From Oscillospiraceae bacterium (GTDB lineage: Bacteria; Bacillota; Clostridia; Oscillospirales; UBA929), in NCBI GenBank assembly GCA_009780275.1, contig WRAI01000002.1, positions 64,231 through 128,230 on the forward strand: a stretch of DNA of 64,000 bases. Direction: 5' to 3'. Positions 8,719 to 18,320 of this stretch are shown in pieces. Position 1 is the first letter of the stretch; each line of letters starts with the position of its first letter. The notes beneath the pieces are model-generated. The model was given only the letters and a program-made list of their open reading frames with translations, was not told the DNA's origin and did not search any database. The position numbers and the translations under genes were made by a program.

Positions 8719-10976
8719 TGCAACTTATCATTGCTGAAAAACCATCGGTTGCTCGTGCCATCGCTGCCGTTGTCGGCGCGAAGCAAAACAAAAACGATTA
8801 TATCGAAGGCAGCAACTATTTGATAACATGGTGCGTCGGGCATCTTATTGAACAGGCATCGACCGAGGCTTATGATGAAAAGTACGCCAAATGGCGATTA
8901 GAACACTTACCTATCGTGCCTAACCCATGGCAATATGTTGTTTCAGCGAACACACATACACAATACACAGCCATTAAAAAGTTGATGGCCGACAAACGGA
9001 TAAAAGAGATTGTCTGCGCGACCGATGCCGGCCGCGAGGGGGAGCTTATATTTCGCTTAGTTTACAATCAAGCCAAATGCAAAAAGCCCATACTCCGGCT
9101 GTGGACAAGCAGCTTAGAAGAGACTGCCCTTCGTGACGGTTTAGACAACCTCAAACCGGGCAGCGATTACGATAGCCTTTACCATGCGGCAATGGCTCGC
9201 GCACAAGCTGATTGGCTGGTTGGCATCAATGCGACACGTCTATATTCGTGTTTACTCAAAAGCACCACCAATATCGGTCGTGTCATGACACCGACGTTGG
9301 CACTGCTCGTCAAACGAAGTAACGAAATTGACAATTTCGGCGCACAGACTTTTTACATACCTGAGATTAATTGCAACGGTTTTATCGCCCAAGGTGAACG
9401 CCACGTTAACCAACGCCGTGCTGAAAAAATCGCTGAGCAATGCAACGGAAAAGATGCTGTCGTAGTTGACGTAAAAAAGGCAGTTAAATCAACTGCGCCG
9501 CCGAAACTCTACGATTTGACATCACTACAACGTGACAGCAACCGTATTTTTGGTCATACGGCGCAACAGACATTAACAGCAGCACAATCACTTTATGAAA
9601 AGAAGCTACTCACCTACCCCCGCACAGACAGCAGGTACATTACCGAAGACATGGCCGGCTCTGTGTCAGCACTACTCCCGACAAACCATGACATCACGCA
9701 AGTTGTTGATAATGCGAAAGTCACCGACCACCATGCCATTATCCCCACAGCAGCGGCGGCCAGCGCGGATACGAATACACTCAATCAAGCTGAGTGCGAT
9801 GTTTTGTCACTCGTTAAGATTCGGCTTGTTACCGCAACAGCAGATAAGCACACTTATGAAGCAAAAGAAATCATCATCGAATGTGCTGAGGAAACATTTA
9901 CAGCCAAAGGCAAAACTGTTATCAATAACGGTTGGAAAGCCCTTGAAGAGCGTTGTATGTCCGACATTAAGGGCAAGAGTCAAGAAAAGCCGGAGGACGC
10001 AACAGAAGCAGCCTTGCCGCCAGTAGACATCGGTACAGTATATGAAGCGGTGACGGTTACAATCCGCGAAGGCAAGACAACGCCGCCTAAGCACTACACA
10101 GAGGACACCTTGCTTAGCGCAATGGAAAACGCAGGCATTTCGTATAAAGACATCCCCGCCGACCTGATTGTTGCGTCAATGTCGTTAGACGAAAGTCTGT
10201 CAGATGATGAACTCATCGCATTGTCAGTCGGCAATGTTGACGACATCCCCGCTAATAAGCTCAGTGCAATGGAAGCGTTAAACATATCGGGCAGCAGTAT
10301 AGCAGACCTCATGAAACACAGAGGCTTAGGCACACCCGCCACCCGTGCCGGCACAATTGAAAAGCTCATTAAAATAGGATTTATTGAGCGCAGTAAAAAG
10401 AAACTGTTACCTACGGAAAAAGGGAGCTGTCTTATTGCCCTGCTGCACGAAACGCTCAAAACACCGATGCTCACGGCTGAATGGGAAACAAAGTTGCTCG
10501 ACATCGAGCATGGCAACCTCAATGCTGACACGTTTATGGGTGGTATTGTTTCTATGGTACACGACTTGGTGCAAACGGTACAAGCAGAATTTAACGCGCC
10601 TGCCCCGGATGCGCCGTCTACCGACTCAATTAACCGAGCGTGCAATCTCATGGCGTTTCAAGATGCCACAGACACAATACCTATCCCTATGGGTGATTGC
10701 CCGCGTTGCGGTAAAACAGTTTACGAGAACCCCAAGGGCTATTGTTGCGAAGAACGCGATTGCGGCTTTGCTCTTTGGAAAAATAACCGTTTCTTTGCCA
10801 GCCAGAAAATCAAGCTGGATGCTACTACCGTGCGGCTCTTGCTCACTCATGGTGAAGCGTTTACGGAGGGGCTAACGAGTGCTAAAACAGGCAAGAAGTA
10901 TGATGCCACGATTGTACTTGATGACACCGGCGGAAAGTTTGTTAATTTCAAGTTGAGGTTTGATAATAACGATTAA
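8718..10976 (+). CDS. topB: DNA topoisomerase III (type IA), conjugative-element type
   Basis: MQLIIAEKPSVARAIA Toprim N-terminus, GLGTPATRA motif, C-terminal CPRCG...C zinc ribbon. The start overlaps the upstream stop (TAATG). Confidence 0.9.
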   Translation: MQLIIAEKPSVARAIAAVVGAKQNKNDYIEGSNYLITWCVGHLIEQASTEAYDEKYAKWRLEHLPIVPNPWQYVVSANTHTQYTAIKKLMADKRIKEIVCATDAGREGELIFRLVYNQAKCKKPILRLWTSSLEETALRDGLDNLKPGSDYDSLYHAAMARAQADWLVGINATRLYSCLLKSTTNIGRVMTPTLALLVKRSNEIDNFGAQTFYIPEINCNGFIAQGERHVNQRRAEKIAEQCNGKDAVVVDVKKAVKSTAPPKLYDLTSLQRDSNRIFGHTAQQTLTAAQSLYEKKLLTYPRTDSRYITEDMAGSVSALLPTNHDITQVVDNAKVTDHHAIIPTAAAASADTNTLNQAECDVLSLVKIRLVTATADKHTYEAKEIIIECAEETFTAKGKTVINNGWKALEERCMSDIKGKSQEKPEDATEAALPPVDIGTVYEAVTVTIREGKTTPPKHYTEDTLLSAMENAGISYKDIPADLIVASMSLDESLSDDELIALSVGNVDDIPANKLSAMEALNISGSSIADLMKHRGLGTPATRAGTIEKLIKIGFIERSKKKLLPTEKGSCLIALLHETLKTPMLTAEWETKLLDIEHGNLNADTFMGGIVSMVHDLVQTVQAEFNAPAPDAPSTDSINRACNLMAFQDATDTIPIPMGDCPRCGKTVYENPKGYCCEERDCGFALWKNNRFFASQKIKLDATTVRLLLTHGEAFTEGLTSAKTGKKYDATIVLDDTGGKFVNFKLRFDNND

Positions 10977-10996
10977 AGTGTCACGATAAATTGCTG

Positions 10997-11025
10997 TTGC
11001 ATTTTACGAAGAATTAGGGTACAAT
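10997..11025 (+). promoter_or_regulatory. Putative promoter of the phd/parE cassette
   Basis: TTGCAT-17 nt-TACAAT. Confidence 0.35.
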
Positions 11026-11059
11026 AATAATAGAGTTATATTTTGAAGGAGAGATTGTT

Positions 11060-11305
11060 ATGCCAAATATAAAACCTGTATCTGATTTACGAAACTATAA
11101 TGAGGTTTTGCGTGATATAGCGGCCGATCAACCCGTTTTTCTTACAAAAAATGGCAGAGGGCGTTATGCTATTGTAGACATAGGCGAATATGAAAAAACA
11201 CAAGCCAAAATTCGCCTTATGAGCGAACTTGCAAAGGGTCAAAAGTCCGGACGAGAAAACGGCTGGCTTACTGTTGACACGGTTGAAATGAATTTGGGGT
11301 TGTAG
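11060..11305 (+). CDS. Type II antitoxin, Phd/YefM family
   Basis: MPNIKPVSDLRNYNEVLRDI...PVFLTKNGRGRYAIVDIGEYE, a typical Phd/YefM N-terminal domain. Confidence 0.8.
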   Translation: MPNIKPVSDLRNYNEVLRDIAADQPVFLTKNGRGRYAIVDIGEYEKTQAKIRLMSELAKGQKSGRENGWLTVDTVEMNLGL

Positions 11306-11306
11306 C

Positions 11307-11624
11307 ATGGCTGAATTGCATATTTCACCGTTGGCCAATGACGATTTATTATCAATCAAGGAATACATCGAAAAAGAGTTAGATAGCCCTACCGCTGCAA
11401 CAAATACACTTATTAAAATAACAAAGAGTTTAAGAATGTTGATAGATTTTCCGTTATCCGGCTCACCCCTTGAAAGTATTATAAATTTTGAAACCGATTA
11501 CAGGTTTGTGGTCAGTGGCAATTATATTTCTTTTTACCGCTATATAGATGATACTGTTTTCGTTGACCGCATTCTATATGCAAGGCGAGATTATATGAAT
11601 GTCTTATTTGGGGATGACAATTAG
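11307..11624 (+). CDS. Type II toxin, RelE/ParE family
   Basis: 105 aa, starts 1 nt after the antitoxin stop. A...DL..I..YI......A......I......L..FP..G pattern of ParE-like toxins. Confidence 0.75.
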   Translation: MAELHISPLANDDLLSIKEYIEKELDSPTAATNTLIKITKSLRMLIDFPLSGSPLESIINFETDYRFVVSGNYISFYRYIDDTVFVDRILYARRDYMNVLFGDDN

Positions 11625-11678
11625 GCTGTATGTGTTAAACTAAAAACACATCATTGTCTAGCCAAAAAGTACAGCATC

Positions 11679-11909
11679 TTGTTTGAACGTGCAGACCGCT
11701 ATTTGAAAGATACACTAAACGGCGGGACGGCAATCCCGATAAAGACATGGCGAGCCGAGCGAGAAAGGCTACTTGCCAAAAAGCAAGGGCTAAATCAGCA
11801 ATACCAAAAACTCAAAAGCGACACCAACCACGCATACAAAATCAAACGAGCTGTTCAGGACTTGTTATCCAAAGAGCCACGACAAAAGACCCGCGAAATG
11901 GAACGATAA
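11679..11909 (+). pseudogene. Probable C-terminal relic of a second relaxase/mobilisation protein
   Basis: 76-aa ORF without an RBS. LNGGTAIPIKTWRAERERLLAKKQGLNQQYQKLK resembles the C-terminal coiled-coil tail of Firmicute ICE relaxases (recalled from memory). No catalytic N-terminal part is present. Confidence 0.3.
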
Positions 11910-11943
11910 ACACAAGTGGGCGGCATTTGCCGCCCACTTGTGT
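11910..11943. terminator. Strong bidirectional hairpin terminator
   Basis: acacaagtgggcggc-attt-gccgcccacttgtgt, a perfect 15-bp stem between convergent genes. Confidence 0.8.
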
Positions 11944-11954
11944 TTCATTGTTGC

Positions 11955-13511
11955 TCAATCTAACGCGTCCAGCGTTCGTACCATAGCCATGACCATCATT
12001 TGGAATTGCATTTCCATGCGCGGCGAGAACAAATAGCCGCCTTGTGAGCAAGTGTTGCCCATAATGCCGAGGTCATACAGGAAGTACACCGAACCGCGTG
12101 TCCAGCTTGCCACTCTGTCCTCAAAGGGCAAGTCACCTTGTGGCACATAGACTGGCACTTCACCGTCAAACAGTGTAATCAATCGCCCCAACAACACCGC
12201 CGCGCTTTGACGGTCGATGTTATCATTGGGCCGGAACTGCACGCCCTCCCACTGGAACGAACCCTTACCGCGAATGACACCCAACTGCGCCAGCGCGAGT
12301 ACGTCGGGGTCAGTGCTGTCTGTGAACGGGACGCTGTACAATGTGCTTGGGTCACGTGACGCTACGAAGTCTACGATGCTCTCACCATAATGCGCCTCGA
12401 TAAACCGCGCCGCCATATCGGCGATGTAAATACGCGGAATACCATCGCGCCATGTGTTATTTTCCAGCACACGCTGGGAAATCAACCCTAAGTCATACGC
12501 TTGCTCCAAATATTCACGCGCCCAACTGTTGGGGTTGTTGTCATAACGATAGACAGGGTGCGGCTGGCGTACCCATGTGTCGGCATGGATTGTGCCATCG
12601 AAGTTTGCCATCAACTCTGCCGCCGTGAAGATAAACGCACCCTGCGGGTTAGCCACCGTGCCGGAACCGACGTTTTGCCACGGGCCGGCGGGGAGTGCCC
12701 CCCCCCCAACAAAAGCGAAATTTTCGCCCAACGTTAGTGAGTGTAAGCTAGTCATACCGCTGAACATATTCGCAGTACTTGTTACATTTCCGGTATTCCA
12801 ACCAGATAAATCAAGATTTGTCAAGCTGCTTGCACCTCTAAACACACCTCTCATGTTTGTTACACTGCTCGTATCCCAACCCGATACATCAAGATTTTCC
12901 AAACTTGTTTCGCGAGGAAGCCAGTGGGGAAAGCCAAAAAAGTCAAAACCAAACATATGACTCATATTGGTTACATTGCTTGTATCCCAGTCGGATATGC
13001 CTTCAATGCTTGTTAAGCTGATTGCGCCATTAAACATATCCGACATATTTGTCACATTGCTTGTATCCCAACCCGATAAATCAAGGGTCGTTAAGGGCGA
13101 TGCGTAAAAGGGTAATGTGCCCATCGTATCACGGAAAGAAAGATTAAACATGCCACTCATATCAGTGACGTTGCTTGTATCAAAATAATGTAACCCGTCT
13201 ATGGCCGTTACATTTGCTAAGGCCCTAAATAGACCACTCAATGAATTGCCGGCGATAACCGGCCCGGTAAATGTGATGGTAGTAATATCACGACCATGAC
13301 CGGCCCAAATACCGCGCCATGTGTCGCCCCTATCAAGCATTCCGCTATCCACAATCAACGCGCCGTCGCTGTACAGCCGCCACGGCAGATGGCTGCCATG
13401 CTCGGTGAATACGCCGGACGCAATTTCAACGACCGGCTCGGCCACACCTGCCGTCGGCGTCGCTGCCAACAACATGGCGCAAGCCAAGAGTGTACATGCC
13501 AGTTTTTTCAT
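11955..13511 (-). CDS. BspA-like leucine-rich-repeat (DUF285-type) surface protein with a C-terminal triple SLH-like wall anchor
   Basis: Internal ATG at 13511 preceded by GAGGAGGA. Own signal peptide MKKLACTLLACAMLLAATPTAG. Repeats W(D/N)TSNVTNM..MF. The C-terminal module is homologous to those at 13.6-14.2 kb and 24.9-25.5 kb. Confidence 0.7.
   Translation of the reverse strand: MKKLACTLLACAMLLAATPTAGVAEPVVEIASGVFTEHGSHLPWRLYSDGALIVDSGMLDRGDTWRGIWAGHGRDITTITFTGPVIAGNSLSGLFRALANVTAIDGLHYFDTSNVTDMSGMFNLSFRDTMGTLPFYASPLTTLDLSGWDTSNVTNMSDMFNGAISLTSIEGISDWDTSNVTNMSHMFGFDFFGFPHWLPRETSLENLDVSGWDTSSVTNMRGVFRGASSLTNLDLSGWNTGNVTSTANMFSGMTSLHSLTLGENFAFVGGGALPAGPWQNVGSGTVANPQGAFIFTAAELMANFDGTIHADTWVRQPHPVYRYDNNPNSWAREYLEQAYDLGLISQRVLENNTWRDGIPRIYIADMAARFIEAHYGESIVDFVASRDPSTLYSVPFTDSTDPDVLALAQLGVIRGKGSFQWEGVQFRPNDNIDRQSAAVLLGRLITLFDGEVPVYVPQGDLPFEDRVASWTRGSVYFLYDLGIMGNTCSQGGYLFSPRMEMQFQMMVMAMVRTLDALD
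12698..12707. repeat. C10/G10 homopolymer inside the BspA-like gene
   Basis: gtgCCCCCCCCCCaac on the plus strand. On the coding strand it is GTT GGG GGG GGG GCA (VGGGA). Confidence 0.95.
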
Positions 13512-15953
13512 CTCAGGTTCCTCCTCATTGTTTCTGTTGCCAACATTATGCCTTATACTTGACGCAAAGTCAATCGAAAGAACGCCACCGACCAACACAT
13601 TCAACGTCCGCACCATGGCGATGACCATCATTTGGCTTTGGAATGTCATTTGCGGCGAGAATAGATACACGCCCGGAATCGAGCTAGTGTTACTCATGAT
13701 TCTTGGGTTTTGGTGATACAGGAAATACACCGAACCCCGCGCCCAGCTTGCCACCGCGTCTTGGAACGGCAAAGCGGCTTGCGGCACATTTGCCGGCACT
13801 TCGCCGCCAAACAGCGTCACCAGCCGCCCCAGCAACACCGCCGCACTTTGACGGTCAATTAAATCATGCGGACGGAACTGTACGCCGTCCCACTGGTACG
13901 ACCCCATGCCCAAAATGATACCCAGCCGCGCCAAGGCAAGCACATCGGGGTCATTGCTGTCAGTGAACGGAATGTCATGCAACGTGCTTGGGTCACGCGA
14001 CGCCACAAATGCTTGAACCGTCATACCGCTTTGCGTTTCGATGAACCGTGCCGCCAAATCGGCAATGTACAACCGCGGAATACCATCGCGCCATGTGCTG
14101 CTTTGCAGCACACGATGCGAAATCAAACTGCGGTAACAGGCATTATAGAGGTAATCACGCGCCCATGCGTTGGGATTATCGTCGTAATGCCACAAGCGGC
14201 ATATGATATTGACGGTCACGCTGACATTCAAATCAAGGTTGTTGCCATTGACAACACCGCCAGGCAGTTCCAACCGACCGTTGATGATATGGCTCTGTTG
14301 GCAGATGCCATTAGAATCTAAGCCGAACAAATCCCAGTTGATACGCGCGTAAGACACACGGCCGTCACTTGCCTGAATTTGTGTGCCGCCCGGCAACCCC
14401 AGTCCTAGTGCCGTTGATGCCACATCACAATATACATCAATGACGGCGGGCTGTCGCGTAAAACTGACGATATTGCTCGTGTTCAACTCTTCTGCAACGC
14501 CCCGAACGCCGAACGGCTGGGTCATGGCAACGCCGTTATCCCAATGAATAATCTGCGCGCGGACGTAATTGCCTACGATAGGATACAGCGTATCATTCAA
14601 GTCCAGCGTTGCGCCGATATGTATCACACGGCCGCCGTTGCCGGGGGCGCCGCTAATCCACTGGATTTCATTGTAGCGAACGGCGTTAATGGTAATCGTA
14701 TCATCACCCACGACAATGCTGGCAATACCCGGCGGGTCGGGTAAATCCCACAGATGCAGTGTGTCCGCGTTACCGGCACGGGGCATGGGAATGGCATCAT
14801 CGTCCGGCGTTTCATCGTTTGGCAAGGTGTCGTTGATGCCCAAGCGGCGGTCAACACGGGCAATCGTATAGAAAGTGCCTGTTTCCATAGCTTGACGCAT
14901 GGCGTCAACACTGAGTTCGGGCAGAAAGAACATGTTCCAATTATAACCGGTTTCAACGTCATCATGACTGTCATCGTTGGAAAAGCCAAAGACATTGCGA
15001 CCGTATGGCATGGTTTGCTGCAAAATATTGTCCCACAAAATACGGTCGGAGCGGGTTTCGTTGTCTAACCTATTGAAAATTTCCATACCAACGGCACTAG
15101 GAAAGCGGCGGAACATTTCAACGTAACGACCGTATATGACAGGGTGGTTGGATGCGTAAGCGCCTTTAATTAGGCGATACTCCGCAGTAGTTAAATCGTC
15201 TTCATAATCTTCATCTTCACAGATTCCAACGCCGCCCGTATAACGCCCGGGATGTGCTATCACGGCAAGACCGCCCACCTCCATTGTTCGCCGCAACATG
15301 TGATACTCCATCCATGCCGGGTTAATAATGCCCGGGGTCGGCGTCGTGTTGCTGAATCTGGTTGGGTCTCCGGGGTAATAGTAACCCCTGCGATAAAGCG
15401 GCAAGCCCCAACCATGGTGGTAGTTGTTGATGGGTGCCCAGTAGGTGAGCATATGGTGAGAAAGGGACGGCTCGTTGCTGTCGGGGAGGCCTATCATGCC
15501 ATGCTGCTGTGTGCGCGGTGTCGGCCATTGCGGCATAACGCGCGGACGAGTGCATGTGCCATGGTAAATCGCCAGTTTATCGGCGGTGGTCATGTGCCGA
15601 AACACAGGGTCGACACGCCCTGTTTCAGGCGCAAACCGCCATGGCATTTGGTCAAACGCGGGCGTCACTGTATTGTGGTCAGTGATAGCAAGAATGTCAT
15701 AGCCTCTTTGAAAGTGGTCTAACACCACATTGTCCAACGTAAGCCTGCCGTCAAAGTTGTTGGTATGCGTATGCAGTGCGGCACGGTGTGAATTCCAAGT
15801 GTCCCAATTCACGTCCTCGTAGGGATTGTCAATGACGAAATTTGCTGCTTGCGCCACGCTGACAGGAAAATGCGGCTGTGCCACGCCGATGTGCGATGCG
15901 CTGCCCAAGAGCATTGCAGTTGCCAAAGCAAGCGTTAGTATACGCTTACGCAT
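13512..15953 (-). CDS. Secreted PHP-domain (CehA/McbA-like metallo-phosphoesterase) protein with a triple SLH-like anchor. It has no stop codon before the next gene, reading in-frame into 11955-13511.
   Basis: GGAGGA RBS before the ATG at 15953. Signal peptide MRKRILTLALATAMLLGSA. AALHTHTNNFDGRL...ILAITDHN PHP motifs. SLH-like F(T)D....ALA.LGI..G...F.P...I.R..AAVLL. Confidence 0.7.
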
Positions 15954-15992
15954 AGATACTTCCTCCATATAGTTGATGACAGCCTTTTACAC

Positions 15993-16021
15993 AGTATAGC
16001 AGATATTGTCATTTTTTTCAA
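15993..16021 (-). promoter_or_regulatory. Putative sigma-A promoter of the PHP/BspA cargo operon
   Basis: Minus strand TTGAAA-17 nt-TATACT, about 35 nt upstream of the RBS. Confidence 0.45.
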
Positions 16022-16349
16022 GTACAAATGTCATAGTCGAGAGGTAAGGCCTGCCCTATGCCGCAATGGGCGAGATTTTTCACAAGGCAACAACCCCCAA
16101 AAAATGTCAAACCCTACACGGCACAAGCCTTGTGGTTTTTTTCTCGTCTATATAGCAAAAAAAGTGCTTGACAAAACGCCCCGTGGGATACATCGCACAG
16201 CATCAAAGGTTTCGTCGATGCGAAACCACCAAACAATATCATCTCAAAAATATGGACGCATCAGATTTCTACAATCCTTTTGAGTACATCGAAACATTTG
16301 CATTTGGCGGGTGGGTAGCTCATTTCTTGTTGTCTTTTATCTATTAATA

Positions 16350-18083
16350 CTACCGCTCCGTTTCCGGTTTCCGTTCTTTCTCTTGCTCGCGCTCTTTTCG
16401 CATAATCTTATCGACTGTATTCCGAGCTGAATGCACTAAAACAGCACGAGCATTAAGGGTAGTTATTGCCTTGTCGGCAATGGCTACCTTTTCATTTGCA
16501 CACGCTATCGCACCATCCAGGTTCGCATTCTTGATATTGTCGTCCGCATTAAGCTCTTTTAATCTATTCTCTGCCATTGATATAATTTCCAACTCATCTT
16601 TGTGTTGCTCGGCATATTTTTTGGCAGCTCTCCCATTTAGACTTTCAAATGTAGCCCTAATCGGCTTATATTTCTTTACGGTAGCAAGCAAGCCGGCTAT
16701 CGTCTTGCTGTTCTCGCTTTCAGAATTTACAGACCATTTATCACGTTTGATGCCGGCAAGTCGTTGGTTAAAGTCCCGGTAGCAAGTTATATCCTCTTTA
16801 TGGATAACAGTAAGGAGTTTGGCAAGTTCTTTCGTTTCTCTGATGGTTTGATAAAATGCCAGCTTTTCTATTTCTTTGGCATACGTTTCTGCCGTGCGTT
16901 TCTCAGTCACTATACCCTGCCCGACCGGAGTTTCCGGCTCGTGAATACGCACAGGTTTTTTGTTTTGCTCAGCAGCTCTAATCTTGGCTTGCTCAATTTT
17001 TTCAGCAAGTGTTGCCACCATGGGCCGCATCGACAAGCTGCCGCCGACTGCCGCAAGTTGTTCTTGTTGCCGCCGTAGCTCGTCTATATGGATTATAGCG
17101 TCATTCATTTCTTTTTCAAGCACGGCAATTTCACGAAGCTGGTCACGGTTCGCTTGCTCAATAAGTCTGTTTTCATTACCCCGTTCTGATGACACCCCTT
17201 TCCCTTCGATGCCTTTTGCTGCTACACCTAAATGCTTGGTCGGGAATTTTATAATCCCTTGTGCTTCATAACTCCTATGGTCTACTCTATCTGTAAAGCC
17301 GTTTTCTTCAAGTGCTTGGTTGATTTTAACAGCCAAATCCTCACGGCAATTTTCGAGAAATTCCGGACTGCTCCATTCTATAATTTTCGGGTTAGTATAT
17401 TCGCTATGCTGCTCAGGTTTCTTTACACCTTTGACACGCTGATAATCTTTGTATTTCGGGTCGCTATCAGCTTCGTGTTTTGTGAGGTATAGAAGGTTGC
17501 TATTGCTCTTTTTTCCGTCTTTGTAATACGGCATTTTTTTGTACCAAGTCGCTTTATCTGCTTGCCATTCGGCGGCGGTCAAGGCTCGTTCTTCGCCGTG
17601 CTTGTTTTTGCAAACATAGAAAGTGGTCGTTTTGGTTTCCCAATTTCCGTCACTATCAATCGGCCGTATTGTCAGATTGATATGAGCGTGAGGGTTTCCG
17701 TCTTTTTTATCATGTATGGCAAAGTCGGCACACATCCCGGCGTTAACAAAATTATCCCGCACATAATTTTGCAGCAGCTTAGTTTGTTCTCGTAAATCAA
17801 GTTCTCGCGGCAGTGAAAATTCAAACGTCCGCGCTTTCTGTCCCGTCTGTCCTTCGTATTTCGCCACGGCATTCCATAGAATTTCTCTGTCATGAAATTG
17901 CCACGGTGCATTTTCGGGCAGCATGACTTCTCTGTGCATGACTTCCCGTTTCTTCGAATAGTCGTGTATTTTCCCGGTGTATTCATCGGTCATTTTAATA
18001 CCGTTAATATATGCACTTACGGCAACCGGAGAACGCCCGCTTGCCTTTGTAATTACCTTCGCATGGTTGTGATAGATTGCCAT
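16350..18083 (-). CDS. MobQ-family (MobA/MobL) relaxase
   Basis: MAIYHNHAKVITKASGRSPVAVSAYINGIKMTDEYTGKIHDYSKK... and the H.D..DGNPHAH(I)N histidine triad. Long coiled-coil C-terminus. Confidence 0.9.
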   Translation of the reverse strand: MAIYHNHAKVITKASGRSPVAVSAYINGIKMTDEYTGKIHDYSKKREVMHREVMLPENAPWQFHDREILWNAVAKYEGQTGQKARTFEFSLPRELDLREQTKLLQNYVRDNFVNAGMCADFAIHDKKDGNPHAHINLTIRPIDSDGNWETKTTTFYVCKNKHGEERALTAAEWQADKATWYKKMPYYKDGKKSNSNLLYLTKHEADSDPKYKDYQRVKGVKKPEQHSEYTNPKIIEWSSPEFLENCREDLAVKINQALEENGFTDRVDHRSYEAQGIIKFPTKHLGVAAKGIEGKGVSSERGNENRLIEQANRDQLREIAVLEKEMNDAIIHIDELRRQQEQLAAVGGSLSMRPMVATLAEKIEQAKIRAAEQNKKPVRIHEPETPVGQGIVTEKRTAETYAKEIEKLAFYQTIRETKELAKLLTVIHKEDITCYRDFNQRLAGIKRDKWSVNSESENSKTIAGLLATVKKYKPIRATFESLNGRAAKKYAEQHKDELEIISMAENRLKELNADDNIKNANLDGAIACANEKVAIADKAITTLNARAVLVHSARNTVDKIMRKEREQEKERKPETER

Positions 18084-18320
18084 ATGGAAGCACTCTCCTT
18101 TCGTCTCAATCTTTCGCCCGCGCTATGCTACTTCGCTTTAGGCGGAAGTAGCACAAATATGAAAAGCATAGCTTTGAATATTTGTTGAGCCGTACAAGTA
18201 CGGCGTTCCATTTTCTCGTGGTGAGAAAATGGAATAGTGAAAGTTGAAAAAACAATCAGCAAAGGATTGATTTTCAATTTTCACGTTTCGGGGTCGAGGG
18301 GGTGAAACTCCATCGCGCAC

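Noticed and set aside
16252-16347. 31-aa ORF (MDASDFYNPFEYIETFAFGGWVAHFLLSFIY) convergent with the relaxase end. Considered as a possible small hydrophobic type I toxin.
   Set aside because: No Shine-Dalgarno sequence, no obvious promoter or antisense RNA partner, and no recognisable family.
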